Source: Candidatus Iainarchaeum sp. (GTDB taxonomy: Archaea; B1Sed10-29). From it: a stretch of DNA of 58,811 bases. Under the pieces are notes generated by a model. The model saw nothing but the letters and a program-made list of their open reading frames with translations, searched no databases and was not told the origin of the DNA. The DNA is taken from assembly GCA_003558235.1 (NCBI GenBank), contig PWMI01000095.1, positions 1-58,811 of the forward strand. Direction: 5' to 3'. The position numbers and the translations under genes are program-made. Shown one piece after another: positions 19,087 to 28,388 of the stretch (the stretch's first letter is position 1; every line of letters begins with the position of its first letter).

Positions 19087-19203
19087 CGCTGGGAAAGGGA
19101 TTCGAACCCTTGCGGCCAAAGGCCACCAGCTTTCCAGGCTCGCCTTCTGGTTCTTTTTTAAGTGAAACCAGAAACTGGCGCATTTCCACTCTGCCATCCC
19201 AGC
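19087..19203 (-). tRNA. tRNA-Ser (anticodon GGA), class II, with a 36-nt intron inside the 5' half of the anticodon stem
   Basis: Hand-folded. Acceptor GCTGGGA/TCCCAGC; T-arm AAGGG-TTCGAAT-CCCTT; variable arm TGGCCTTTGGCCGC. Removing 19139..19174 yields the anticodon arm CCAGC-CTGGAAA-GCTGG. Confidence 0.75.
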
Positions 19204-19230
19204 ATCTTTTCCAGTTGTCTTGGGTTTTGT

Positions 19231-20061
19231 TTATTGTTTTACGGGGTTTACTATGACTTTCTTGGTTTTTATGATTACGCCTCTTCTTTTTTTCTCTATT
19301 TCTTCTTTTGTGAATAGGCTTTGCCCTATCGCGACTACTTTTTCTTTGTGTGTTATCTTTACTTCTTTTCCTGGTGTTATGTTTCCTTTTAATCTCTTTA
19401 TTCCAGGGGCTTTTAGGTCTTCACCGTGGGTTATTGATTTTAGGGCGCTTTCTTTGATTTCTGCTTCAGGGTATTCTTTTAGTGCTTCTTCTATTGTTAT
19501 TAATTTGTTTCCTATGTTGTTTTTAGTGATTTTTTCTGGGTTATGGGTGTTTTTTATGTTCCAGGGGCCTAGGTTGATCCTTCTGAGTTCTTTTAATGTT
19601 GTTTTTATCCCTAGTTTTTCTTCTAGGTCTTTCACTAGTACCCTTATGTAGGTTCCGTGTTGGCATGAGACGTTGAATATGTGTTGTTTTCCCGTGCTTC
19701 TTATTTTTTCTATGGAGTAGATTTCTCTTTCTCTTTCTTCTCTTTTTACTGAGGATTTTTCTGGAGGTAGTTGAATTGTTTTTCCTTGGAGTGTTTCTAG
19801 TTTTTCCTTTAATGTGTTTTTTTCTATGTATTTACTTGTTTCTATTGTTGCAGTGTATTCTTTGTCCATTCTCTGGATGTATTCCTGTATTTTTACGGTT
19901 TTACCTATTGCTATTGGTAGTATTCCTGTGGCGAAGGGGTCTAGTGCTCCGCAGTGTCCTGCTTTTGTTTCGAGGTTTTTCGCTATCTCTTTTGTTATTT
20001 GTGGGCTTGTTTTTCCTTTTGGTTTGTCTATGAGGAGGACTCCTTTTATGGGTTTAGTCAT
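19231..20061 (-). CDS. cbf5: tRNA/rRNA pseudouridine synthase Cbf5 (TruB family, with PUA domain)
   Basis: LLIDKPKGKTS and HCGALDPFATGILP catalytic Asp motif. C-terminal PUA-like segment. Confidence 0.88.
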   Translation of the reverse strand: MTKPIKGVLLIDKPKGKTSPQITKEIAKNLETKAGHCGALDPFATGILPIAIGKTVKIQEYIQRMDKEYTATIETSKYIEKNTLKEKLETLQGKTIQLPPEKSSVKREEREREIYSIEKIRSTGKQHIFNVSCQHGTYIRVLVKDLEEKLGIKTTLKELRRINLGPWNIKNTHNPEKITKNNIGNKLITIEEALKEYPEAEIKESALKSITHGEDLKAPGIKRLKGNITPGKEVKITHKEKVVAIGQSLFTKEEIEKKRRGVIIKTKKVIVNPVKQ

Positions 20062-20662
20062 CTTGAATCTTTTTAACTTTGTTTTTTATTATCTTCACGA
20101 CTTCTTCTGGTCTTTTGTCTGTTGTATCGATTACTAGGTTGTAGGCTTCTTTGTCTTTGATGTAGTTGAAGTTGTATATTTTCTTCCAGTGTTTTGTTTC
20201 TTTTTCTTCTCTTTCCTTTATTTTTTTTTCTTGTTTTTTTATTTCTTCTGCACTCGGTTCGTTATATTCTTGTTTTTGATCTACTTTTTCAGCGAAGTTT
20301 CTGCGTCCTATTTTTTCCCGCATTATTGTTCTTTTTGCTCTCTCGGTTATGTCTGCGTCTAGAAAGATTTTTAGTTTGGCGTTTTGTATGTGTAGTGCGC
20401 TTAACTTCCCGTTCAGAATTAGGTTATCTTCTTTTTGAGCTAGTGTTACTTGTTTTTGATCTAGTTTTCGATTGAATTTCTCTAGTTTTTTTGGGTTCTT
20501 TTCTTGTTCTTCCCATAGTTTTTCCGGTGTTATTCCTCTTTGTTTTGCAAGTTGTTTCTGTATTTCCCCGATGTGTACTACTTTGTAGTTTAGTTCTTGG
20601 GCTAGTTTTTCTGAGGTGGTGGTGTCTCCTGCGCCTGGTGTTCCGGAGATGGTTATCAGCAT
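20054..20662 (-). CDS. cmk: Cytidylate kinase (archaeal type)
   Basis: MLITISGTPGAGDTT P-loop. Conserved secY-adk-DUF106-cmk order. The start is placed at the internal Met (the track ORF extends to 20710). Confidence 0.8.
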   Translation of the reverse strand: MLITISGTPGAGDTTTSEKLAQELNYKVVHIGEIQKQLAKQRGITPEKLWEEQEKNPKKLEKFNRKLDQKQVTLAQKEDNLILNGKLSALHIQNAKLKIFLDADITERAKRTIMREKIGRRNFAEKVDQKQEYNEPSAEEIKKQEKKIKEREEKETKHWKKIYNFNYIKDKEAYNLVIDTTDKRPEEVVKIIKNKVKKIQDD

Positions 20663-20663
20663 G

Positions 20664-21086
20664 TTAATCTTCTTTGTTTCTTTTTCTCCATGCTTTGTAG
20701 ATTCCTTCAAGGGTCATGCTGACTATTATTGAGATTAGTATGTACCACCATAGCCAGGTTAGCCCGATGTTTAGTATTGGGAGGGTTACTACTACTCCTG
20801 CTTCTCCATACATGCCTTTCAGGAAGAATATTAGTATTAGTATGGGGATTAATGTGAATATCATTGGCTTGAAGTTGTTCAGCATCATTTCTTTGGATAG
20901 TTGCATCATTTCTTTCTGTTTTTTTGGTTGTTCTTTTCCTTTTTCTTCTTTCATTTCTTTTTGTATTTCTTTTAGTCTTTTTCTTATTTCTTCTACTCTA
21001 TCTTGGTCTACGAGTAGTTTGTTTAGGCCAGTTGTGGCTGCTCCTACGCATGCTGCTATTAGTGCGATGGTTGTTGCGGGGTCCAT
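20664..21086 (-). CDS. DUF106 membrane protein (EMC3/YidC-like archaeal insertase candidate)
   Basis: TM helix, then a charged coiled region, then TM helices. Conserved position between adk and cmk. Confidence 0.75.
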   Translation of the reverse strand: MDPATTIALIAACVGAATTGLNKLLVDQDRVEEIRKRLKEIQKEMKEEKGKEQPKKQKEMMQLSKEMMLNNFKPMIFTLIPILILIFFLKGMYGEAGVVVTLPILNIGLTWLWWYILISIIVSMTLEGIYKAWRKRNKED

Positions 21087-21088
21087 TG

Positions 21089-21637
21089 TTATTCCTCCAG
21101 TGTGTTAACTAGTTCGTCTACTGCTTTATCTATTTTTCCTTCCTGGTTTTTTATGATTTTTATAAGGGCTCCGGTTAGTGTTGATGCTGTTGCGGCGTGG
21201 GCCCTGTTTATGTCTTGGTGTGTTGCGGGGTCTATTTTGAAGTCTTCTCTTTCACGAGTTTCGTCTTTTCTTCGTCTTTTTATTATGTCTTCTGCGTTGG
21301 TTTCTATTAGTATTATTCTTTCGGGATTTATTTCTTTCAATATTCTATGAGGCATGCCTGGAAGTAGGCCTTTCTTTGTTTCTATTGCTAGGTGAGTGTC
21401 TATTAGTAGGTTCTGTTCTTTCTTGATTTTTTTCACTGCTTTTAGTTGGAGTTTTTTCTCTTTTTCTGGGTTCAGTTTTCTTAGTTGGTCTCTGTTTTTT
21501 ACTATGCCTTTTTCTTTTCCTGCTTTTAGCATCTCTGTGCCGAAGTTTATTGTTTTGTAGTTTTCTAGTTTTTCGAGGGCGCCTTTTAGGATTGTTGTTT
21601 TTCCTACTCCTGGGACTCCTATGATTAGTGCTTTCAT
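21089..21637 (-). CDS. adkA: Adenylate kinase (archaeal AdkA type)
   Basis: IIGVPGVGKTT P-loop, 182 aa, directly downstream of secY. Confidence 0.88.
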   Translation of the reverse strand: MKALIIGVPGVGKTTILKGALEKLENYKTINFGTEMLKAGKEKGIVKNRDQLRKLNPEKEKKLQLKAVKKIKKEQNLLIDTHLAIETKKGLLPGMPHRILKEINPERIILIETNAEDIIKRRRKDETREREDFKIDPATHQDINRAHAATASTLTGALIKIIKNQEGKIDKAVDELVNTLEE

Positions 21638-21647
21638 TTTTTTCTCC

Positions 21648-23024
21648 TTAACTGAGGGATAGTCCTGGTATGGATTGGAATGCTTCTTCGCTTGCTAGTT
21701 CTTCGTAGAGTTGATATAGTATTCCTACTGCTAGTAGTATTCCTATTCCGGATCCTATTGCGCCCGTTAAATCCGCTAGGGCTGCTAAGATACCGATGAA
21801 TGCTGATCCTAGGACTATTAAGGGGGGTATGTATCTGTCCAGTACTTTTTTGATGACTCTTTTGTCTCTGCGGAATCCTGGTACGTGTAGACCGGTGTTC
21901 TTGAGTTGCTCGGCTACGTCTTCGCTACCCATGTTACTCATCTTCGCCCAGAACTTACCGAATAGTATTGCTCCGAAGGCCATGACTGAGGTGTAGATAC
22001 CTATCTGCGCTATTTTCCTTGGGTCTCTTATGGTCGCTGATGCTTGCCCTGGTGTCCCTAGGGCGCCTACGGGGGATTGTATGTAGTATGCTACCCCTGA
22101 GACTGGTTGATTGTTTTCGAATTCACCTAGTAGGGGATAGCCTACTCTGTGCATCGCGATTCCCCAGAGTTGAACGTTTGCCAGTAGCGCAGCTACGAAT
22201 ATTACAGGTATTACGCTTAGATACATGAATTTGAGAGGGTACTTTGCTCCGGTTCCCCTTATTCTACCCCATGTTAGTGGTATCTCTACTTTCATGGTCT
22301 GTGCGTATACGCAGATCAGGAATATCGCTACTGTGAATATTACGGGGAACAGCGCGGTGTGTGGGATGTTTCCTACTACTACTCCTTTCATAATTTGAGG
22401 TACTAACCCTATGAATTGATCTGTTCCGGGTACGGTTACCCAGCTGAACATCCTCCAGATGATGGTTGAAGAAACTCCTGCTACGATGAATAGCCCTACT
22501 CCTGAGCCTACTCCGTACTTAGATACTACTTCGTCGAGGTATATGATTATTATTCCACCTATTGCTACCTGTAGTATCACGAAGAGAGCCATTAGGCCTC
22601 CGGCGGTGGGTAAGAATCCACTTACTACGTAGACTCCTGCTTCGAAGAAACAGAAGATTATGGCCACGAGTTTTTGTGTTCCTTGGAAGAGTGCTTTTTG
22701 CGAGGGGTCGGTCATGTCTAGTTTGATTATGTCTGCGCCCATCAGTAGCTGGAGTATTATTGATGCCATTACGATTGGCCCGATACCGAGTGTTGCCATC
22801 GTTCCTATGTTTGATGCGGTTATCTGTTGCAGGCTTTCCAGGAACTGTCCTTGGTCAGCGGCCTGGATTCCTATCGGAACGATCACTGATAGTACTAGAA
22901 ATATCGTTAGAGCTATCCCTACCCATATGAGTTTCTTCTTTAGACTTAGTTTTACTTCTGGTTCCCTTACTTCTGGGAGAAGGTCTATTATGGGGTTTAG
23001 GGCCTGTAAGCTCAGTTCATTCAC
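21648..23024 (-). CDS. secY: Preprotein translocase subunit SecY
   Basis: 458 aa, about 10 TM segments. Sits at the end of the ribosomal spc-like operon. LGIGPIV and GSGIGILL motifs. Confidence 0.96.
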   Translation of the reverse strand: MNELSLQALNPIIDLLPEVREPEVKLSLKKKLIWVGIALTIFLVLSVIVPIGIQAADQGQFLESLQQITASNIGTMATLGIGPIVMASIILQLLMGADIIKLDMTDPSQKALFQGTQKLVAIIFCFFEAGVYVVSGFLPTAGGLMALFVILQVAIGGIIIIYLDEVVSKYGVGSGVGLFIVAGVSSTIIWRMFSWVTVPGTDQFIGLVPQIMKGVVVGNIPHTALFPVIFTVAIFLICVYAQTMKVEIPLTWGRIRGTGAKYPLKFMYLSVIPVIFVAALLANVQLWGIAMHRVGYPLLGEFENNQPVSGVAYYIQSPVGALGTPGQASATIRDPRKIAQIGIYTSVMAFGAILFGKFWAKMSNMGSEDVAEQLKNTGLHVPGFRRDKRVIKKVLDRYIPPLIVLGSAFIGILAALADLTGAIGSGIGILLAVGILYQLYEELASEEAFQSIPGLSLS

Positions 23025-23424
23025 CTTTTAATATTGTTTTTCCGCCTGCTTTCTCTATTTTTTCTTTTGCGGACTGTGAGAATGATTTTGCCGTTATTGT
23101 TAGTTTTTGAGTTATATTTCCTCCACCGAGCACTTTTTCGTATCCGTGTTTGGTTACGTCTAATTTTCCTTCTTCTACGGGGATTTTTTCTAGGTCTCTT
23201 AAGTTTATTGGCTCTTGGGATGGTTTTCCGCTCATTCCTTTTTCTTTTTTCTTTTCTTTCTTGAGGTAGTGGGCGTAGTTTCTTCCTCCTTTAGCGTTGC
23301 AGGTTGCCATTCTACTTCCTTTTCCCCTTCCTCCTTTGGTGTTGCCTCTTCCGTGGCTCCTTTTTCCTCTGTATCTTTTTTTCCTTTTTCCTTTGGTTCT
23401 GTCAGTCATTTTCGGCACCTTCAC
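23017..23424 (-). CDS. rpl15: 50S ribosomal protein L15 (uL15)
   Basis: Gly/Arg/Lys-rich N-terminus (RGKRSHGRGNTKGGRGKG). Position between L30 and SecY. Confidence 0.93.
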   Translation of the reverse strand: MKVPKMTDRTKGKRKKRYRGKRSHGRGNTKGGRGKGSRMATCNAKGGRNYAHYLKKEKKKEKGMSGKPSQEPINLRDLEKIPVEEGKLDVTKHGYEKVLGGGNITQKLTITAKSFSQSAKEKIEKAGGKTILKGE

Positions 23425-23822
23425 ATCATTTTCTCGATTAATTGATTTATTTCTTTTCCTCTGTATCCTAGTTCTCCTTTTTGTTTGTAGTGTCTTTTCT
23501 TTGATCTTTTAAATCCTCCTTTTGGAGGGTGTAGTTTGATTGTTTTTATTTCTTCTATTCTTTCTTCTTTCCCTAGGGCTTCTATAACTTCTTTCGTGGG
23601 CAGGTTCTTCTTTTCTAGGAGTTTTTTGAGTGTTTCTTCTTCTATCTCTCCCCATGTTATTTCTCCTTTTGCTTTTTGAAGCATTCCCTTGTATGTGGGG
23701 CTTTCTGGGAGTATAGTGCAGTTGTATACTTTCTTTAGTCCTATTAACTGTAGGGTGTCTTCCACTTTTTTAGGTACTTTTGCGTTTCCTCTGATTCTGA
23801 TTACTGCTAACATTTTGTTCAC
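23421..23822 (-). CDS. rpl30: 50S ribosomal protein L30 (uL30)
   Basis: AVIRIRGNAKVPKKVEDTLQLIGLKK motif. Confidence 0.94.
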   Translation of the reverse strand: MNKMLAVIRIRGNAKVPKKVEDTLQLIGLKKVYNCTILPESPTYKGMLQKAKGEITWGEIEEETLKKLLEKKNLPTKEVIEALGKEERIEEIKTIKLHPPKGGFKRSKKRHYKQKGELGYRGKEINQLIEKMM

Positions 23823-24421
23823 CTTGTTTTCCTTGTTCCTTCGAGTGCTTTCAGTGTGGCTTCAGCGAAGTTCTTTGTGGTGCTTGTTTTTCCCCTTGTC
23901 TTTGTCCACGCGTCTTTTACTCCTGCTAGTTGTAGTATCTTTTTCGCGGTTTCTCCTGCTACAATTCCTGTTCCTCTTGGGGCTGGTTTTATTTTTATTT
24001 CAACTGAGCCGGTTTTTCCTTTGACTTCTTTTTGTATTGAATGTTCTTCTCCGCATCCACATTCCCATGATCCGCATCCTCTTCGTATGGATTTTATGTT
24101 CTTTTTAGCGGTCTTGATTGATTTTTCTATTGCGAGTGGTACGTTTTTTCCTTTGCTGGTTCCTATTCCTATGTGTCCTTTTTTGTCTCCTATCACTGTT
24201 GTTACGCGGTATGAGAGTTTTCTTCCTGAGTCTGTTGTTCTGGATACTCTTGTAACGTCTAGTACTTCTTCCTGCATTTTTCCTAGTAGTTTGTCTGTTA
24301 TTTGGTACTCCATTATTGGTTTGTTCAGTTGAAGTATTCTTTCTAGGTCTTCTACTTCTCCCGCTTTGACTTTTTCACCCAGTTCCGTTTTTGGAATCCA
24401 GTTTTCAGTCATTTTGTTCAC
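23819..24421 (-). CDS. rps5: 30S ribosomal protein S5 (uS5)
   Basis: [20 protein letters not shown] and [11 protein letters not shown] motifs. Confidence 0.95.
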   Translation of the reverse strand: MNKMTENWIPKTELGEKVKAGEVEDLERILQLNKPIMEYQITDKLLGKMQEEVLDVTRVSRTTDSGRKLSYRVTTVIGDKKGHIGIGTSKGKNVPLAIEKSIKTAKKNIKSIRRGCGSWECGCGEEHSIQKEVKGKTGSVEIKIKPAPRGTGIVAGETAKKILQLAGVKDAWTKTRGKTSTTKNFAEATLKALEGTRKTR

Positions 24422-24932
24422 TCTCCATTATCTTCTTTTTTACTTTCTCTACTTCCAATTTCGTGTCTCTGTGTTCTTCTATGTGTTTTCCTTGTAATTT
24501 TTCCTCTGGTGGGAGTACCTCTTCACTGTGTGGTATGTTTAAACCTGCTTCTGTAGCTCCTTTTAAGACGGCGAATACTTTTGATCCTTTTATGGGGGTG
24601 TGTAACCCGATGTCTAGTACTGCTTCTTTTACTCCTTTTTCAAGAGATTTTTTTCCTGCCAGTAACCCAGTTAGGTATGCTGAGGGTATGTTGGATAGGT
24701 TTCCTTTGTAGCCATATTTCCTTAGTTCTTTTGAGGTTGTGTTGACTACTACTTCGTCTCCATCTGGCTTGTATTTTACTACTTGGGCTATGATGGTGTT
24801 TCCTTTTATCCTCGTGACTAGTCTTTTCTTTCTTGATTTCAGGAGATTCAGTCTCTTTCTGTAGTCTGTTTTTCCTTCTCTCCTTCTTTTTCTTTTTATC
24901 TTGTAGTGTTTTCCTTTTGCCATTTTAATCAC
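24405..24932 (-). CDS. rpl18: 50S ribosomal protein L18 (uL18)
   Basis: [13 protein letters not shown] motif and operon position. Confidence 0.94.
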   Translation of the reverse strand: MIKMAKGKHYKIKRKRRREGKTDYRKRLNLLKSRKKRLVTRIKGNTIIAQVVKYKPDGDEVVVNTTSKELRKYGYKGNLSNIPSAYLTGLLAGKKSLEKGVKEAVLDIGLHTPIKGSKVFAVLKGATEAGLNIPHSEEVLPPEEKLQGKHIEEHRDTKLEVEKVKKKIMESEQND

Positions 24933-25347
24933 TCTTTATTAGGTTGTTTTCTTCTATGTGGGCCATTAGTCTTCTTTTGCTTTTGAAGCGGCCTCCTTTT
25001 ATTTGCCTATATAGTCTTCGGTATGCTCCTTCTTTTAGATCTGGTTTTAGTTCGTTTATTTTTCTTCTTTGGGCTCTAACGTTTCTCATCCATCTTTTCT
25101 TTGGTTTTTCCCTTGCTTTTTTTGCTCCTTTTCTTTTTCCTGTTTTTTGACGTCTTTTTTTCCCTCTTTTTCTTCCTTTGCTTACTCCTTTTATTCTTTT
25201 TTTCGTTATTACTCCTTGTTCTATCTTGTTTTTGACGTCTTCTCTTGTCATGATTTCTCTTGCTTCTTCTGGATCGAGTATCTTCACTCTGTTTTTCCCT
25301 ATTCCCATGACTCTTGCTGATATTTCTTTTACTTTGTTTAGATCCAT
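24925..25347 (-). CDS. rpl19e: 50S ribosomal protein L19e (eL19)
   Basis: [11 protein letters not shown] and [13 protein letters not shown] motifs. Confidence 0.94.
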   Translation of the reverse strand: MDLNKVKEISARVMGIGKNRVKILDPEEAREIMTREDVKNKIEQGVITKKRIKGVSKGRKRGKKRRQKTGKRKGAKKAREKPKKRWMRNVRAQRRKINELKPDLKEGAYRRLYRQIKGGRFKSKRRLMAHIEENNLIKSD

Positions 25348-25359
25348 TTTAATCTTGCC

Positions 25360-25725
25360 TCATTCGTTCAGTATCTTTAGTTCTTGTTTTTTTGCTTTTT
25401 CTATTATTGTTTCTCTTTTTTTCTTGCTTACGGTTGATGCTATTCTTACTGCATCTTTTTCTTTGTCTAGTTTTTCTAGTTCATTGGTGTTGTGTACTAG
25501 GTTGTCTGTGTATCCACTTGGGTGTAGTCCTCTTATTTTCTTTGGTTGCCTGTAGCCTATGTTTGGTCTTTTTGGGGTTTCTCTTTTTCCTTTTCTTTGT
25601 TTTGAGTCTATTCCCCGTGGGTTTCTCCAGCCTCGTTTCTTTATCTTCTTGTGGTTTGCTCCGGGGCTTCTGAAGTTTGGCTTTTTTCTTTTCTTCTGGT
25701 TGATTGATTCCGTCATCTTTATCAC
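25360..25725 (-). CDS. rpl32e: 50S ribosomal protein L32e (eL32)
   Basis: GWRNPRGIDSKQR and GYRQPKKIRGLHPSG motifs. Confidence 0.94.
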   Translation of the reverse strand: MIKMTESINQKKRKKPNFRSPGANHKKIKKRGWRNPRGIDSKQRKGKRETPKRPNIGYRQPKKIRGLHPSGYTDNLVHNTNELEKLDKEKDAVRIASTVSKKKRETIIEKAKKQELKILNE

Positions 25726-26243
25726 TTACTCGGTTTTTTTGTAATGTATATTCCGTCTTCGAACTTTCTTGGGTCTTTTCCTCTTATCAGAGTTGCTTGT
25801 TCCAGGTTTGCTGCTGTTTGACCTGTTTGTTCTTTGTTTGGTCCTTTTACTGTTATTTCTTCTCCTTTTATCTCTACTTTTGTGTCTCCTACTATTTTTG
25901 CGTATCGTGGATTTTTTTCTCCTGTGAAGTTGTTGATCTCTATCTTTGATCCTTTTATCTTGAGGTTCATGGGGAAGTGGCGGTATATTACGACTAGGTT
26001 GTATTCGTAGTCTTCTTCAAGTCCCCTTAGGGCTATTTTTATCTTGCTTTTTGCTGTTCCTAGTAGTCCTCTTTGTTTTTTCTTTGGTTTTTCGATGGAT
26101 AGATCTATTTTTTTGTCTTTTAACTTGATCTCTACTTGTTTGGGTATTTGGACCTCCAGTTTTTTTCCTTGTTTCTCTAGTTGGAGGGTGTGTTCCTGTA
26201 GTTTGACTTCTACGTCTTCTGGTATCTGTAGTTCTTCTTTCAT
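25722..26243 (-). CDS. rpl6: 50S ribosomal protein L6 (uL6)
   Basis: Two-domain L6 pattern, YRHFPMNLK, and operon position. Confidence 0.93.
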   Translation of the reverse strand: MKEELQIPEDVEVKLQEHTLQLEKQGKKLEVQIPKQVEIKLKDKKIDLSIEKPKKKQRGLLGTAKSKIKIALRGLEEDYEYNLVVIYRHFPMNLKIKGSKIEINNFTGEKNPRYAKIVGDTKVEIKGEEITVKGPNKEQTGQTAANLEQATLIRGKDPRKFEDGIYITKKPSK

Positions 26244-26252
26244 CTTTATTCC

Positions 26253-26645
26253 TCAGTATATGAATGCTACTATTCTTCCGCCTACTCCTATTTCTCGGGC
26301 TTCTTGGCTTGTCATGACTCCTTTTGATGTTGTGACTATTACTTCTCCGAATCCTTTTGCTGGTAGGTATCTTTTTTCCCATTTCTGGTATTCGTCTTTT
26401 TTTATTGAGTACCTTGGTTTTACTGCTTTGCAGTTGTTTATTTTTCCTTTAAGGTGTATTTCGTAGGCTCCTCCTCGTCCGTTTTCTATGTGTTCGTAGT
26501 CGCCTATGTATCCTTTTTTCTGTAGGATTTTAAGGATGTTTCCTATCATCTTTGAGGATGGTTTTACAAGGCATGTTTCTTTTCCCGCTTGCTCCGAGTT
26601 TTTTAAGTGTATTAGGGCTTCGTTGACTCTATCCATTTTTATCAC
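26253..26645 (-). CDS. rps8: 30S ribosomal protein S8 (uS8)
   Basis: LKILQKKGYIGDYE and GGRIVAFIY C-terminus. Confidence 0.95.
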   Translation of the reverse strand: MIKMDRVNEALIHLKNSEQAGKETCLVKPSSKMIGNILKILQKKGYIGDYEHIENGRGGAYEIHLKGKINNCKAVKPRYSIKKDEYQKWEKRYLPAKGFGEVIVTTSKGVMTSQEAREIGVGGRIVAFIY

Positions 26646-26650
26646 CTTGT

Positions 26651-26819
26651 TTATCCTCCGTATTTTTTGAATCCTAAGTCTTCTGCTTTTTCTCTAAAGC
26701 ATTGTCTGCATATGATTAGACCGTATTTTCTGATTACTCCGTTTTTGTTTCCACAGAATCTGCATACTCTTCCTTTTTCTCCTTTTCTTGTGTAGTCGTA
26801 TTGGTTTTCTTTTTCCATT
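26651..26819 (-). pseudogene. rps14: 30S ribosomal protein S14 (uS14, type Z) with its reading frame broken by one extra base. This could be an assembly error, a programmed +1 frameshift or a pseudogene.
   Basis: An ATG at 26819 gives [20 protein letters not shown]. The conserved [35 protein letters not shown]-stop continues in the +1 frame. Total span is 169 nt, which is not a multiple of 3. Confidence 0.7.
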
Positions 26820-27353
26820 TTACTTACCTCTTTCCTTTATTTCTACGTTGAAGTTGTCTTTGAAGTACTGCATCGTGTCTTCTTTGCTTACTTGGTGTTT
26901 TTTAGGTATCTTTTTTGGTTGTATCTTTCTTTTTTTTACTCTGTAGCCCCATTTGTTCATGGTTACGGCTACTTCGAATCCGTACATCCCTATTTTTGGA
27001 TCGTACTTTATTCCTGGTAGTTCGATGTATTCTTCTACTCCAAATGATACGTTTCCGGTTTTATCGAAGTTTTTTTCGCTGAGTTTGTTTTCGACTGCTT
27101 GAAGTGATTTTTTCAGGAAGTCTTTTGCTTCTTCTCCTCTTAGTGTTACTTTTGTGCCTATTGCTTTTCCTTCTCGAACGTCCCAGACGGGTACCTTTTT
27201 TCTTCCTCTTGTCTTTATTGGTTTTTGTTGGGTTATTCTTTCTAGTAGGGTTATGGCTTTGTTTAGTTTTTCTCCGGACTCTCCTGTACCTATGTTTACG
27301 GTTACTTTTTCTATGTTCATCATCTTCTGTTTTTCTAGCGCCATGTTATTCAC
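26820..27353 (-). CDS. rpl5: 50S ribosomal protein L5 (uL5)
   Basis: [15 protein letters not shown] and [11 protein letters not shown] motifs. Confidence 0.95.
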   Translation of the reverse strand: MNNMALEKQKMMNIEKVTVNIGTGESGEKLNKAITLLERITQQKPIKTRGRKKVPVWDVREGKAIGTKVTLRGEEAKDFLKKSLQAVENKLSEKNFDKTGNVSFGVEEYIELPGIKYDPKIGMYGFEVAVTMNKWGYRVKKRKIQPKKIPKKHQVSKEDTMQYFKDNFNVEIKERGK

Positions 27354-28059
27354 CGATCTTTATCTCTGGAGTTTTTTCTCCTACTACGAATACGTTTCTT
27401 TTCTGGGTCTTTATTTCCCCTAGCTCTACTAGTGCTTCTCTTTTCATTGCTCCGGGTGTTATTCCCGTTATTTTCAGGGTTTCTCCCGCGTGTTTTCCGC
27501 TTACGATGTATGCTAGATTGTTTTTCTTCAGTTCGATTATTTTTTCTACCTTTTTCTCTTGTAGGGTTATTTTGACGGTGTCTCCTTTGTTTGCTTTTTC
27601 CTCTATGAGTGTTTTTCCGTCGTGGAGGGTTATCTGTGTTTTTCCGTTCTTTATCTTGTTCTTGTTTTTCACTTTTCCCAGTTTGTGTTTTGCGTCTTTT
27701 TTGTCTATTTCTTTGAACTCTATTCTTCCCTTGAGGTCGTAGAGGGCTCTGTAGTCTGTTTGATACTTTTTCTGGGGGTTTGTTATGGTTAGTACGTCCA
27801 TGAATCCTACTGGGTGTTTTGGTTCTTTGATTGTTTTGTTGTCTACTAGAATCTTTCCTTCTTTGATTATTTTCTCTGCTTCTTTTCCTGTTTTAACTAC
27901 TTTCAGGATGTCTCTTAGACCTACTTTTAGTGGGACTGATTCTTCTGCGGGGTGTGGGCCTGGTGCGGCTTTAACCGTCCACTTGGTGCCTTTTCTTTGT
28001 ATGTTCCTTACTCTTGGGGCGTTCAACTTTTTTCTGAATCCTTTAGTCATTTTGTTCAC
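27346..28059 (-). CDS. rps4e: 30S ribosomal protein S4e (eS4)
   Basis: GPHPAEESVPL, HPVGFMDV and HAGETLKI motifs. 237 aa. Confidence 0.95.
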   Translation of the reverse strand: MNKMTKGFRKKLNAPRVRNIQRKGTKWTVKAAPGPHPAEESVPLKVGLRDILKVVKTGKEAEKIIKEGKILVDNKTIKEPKHPVGFMDVLTITNPQKKYQTDYRALYDLKGRIEFKEIDKKDAKHKLGKVKNKNKIKNGKTQITLHDGKTLIEEKANKGDTVKITLQEKKVEKIIELKKNNLAYIVSGKHAGETLKITGITPGAMKREALVELGEIKTQKRNVFVVGEKTPEIKIGE

Positions 28060-28387
28060 TTTCCTCTTTTTCGGTTATTTCTTTTCTTTTTGGATCTTCC
28101 AGGTCTATCTTGATGATTTGAAGGTTGCTTGGGTGGATGTTTGCGTCAGCTTTTTCTCCTGATGCTTTCTCTATTTCTAGGTCTTCTATCGCTATGGTTG
28201 GTTTTTTTAGGCTTACTTTTTTAACTTTCCCTGTTTTGCCCCGGTATTTTCCTCGCATTACTTTCACTTTGTCTCCTTTCTTTACTTGCATGCTTCTTTT
28301 ACTTTGTTTCTTTCTTAGGCTTGGTTTTAGGGTTGATTTTACTTTTTTCTGCATTCTGTGGAGTGGTTTTTTATCCATTTGTATCAT
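28043..28387 (-). CDS. rpl24: 50S ribosomal protein L24 (uL24)
   Basis: KOW motif VKKGDKVKVMRGKYRGKTGKV. Confidence 0.94.
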   Translation of the reverse strand: MIQMDKKPLHRMQKKVKSTLKPSLRKKQSKRSMQVKKGDKVKVMRGKYRGKTGKVKKVSLKKPTIAIEDLEIEKASGEKADANIHPSNLQIIKIDLEDPKRKEITEKEESEQND

Positions 28388-28388
28388 C

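Noticed and set aside
18953-19189. N-terminal extensions of the track ORFs for uS13 (to 19189) and eL18 (16613..16717).
   Set aside because: The extensions read straight through tRNA-Ser(GGA) and tRNA-Leu(GAG) genes and carry no ribosomal-protein similarity. Internal Met starts give canonical N-termini.
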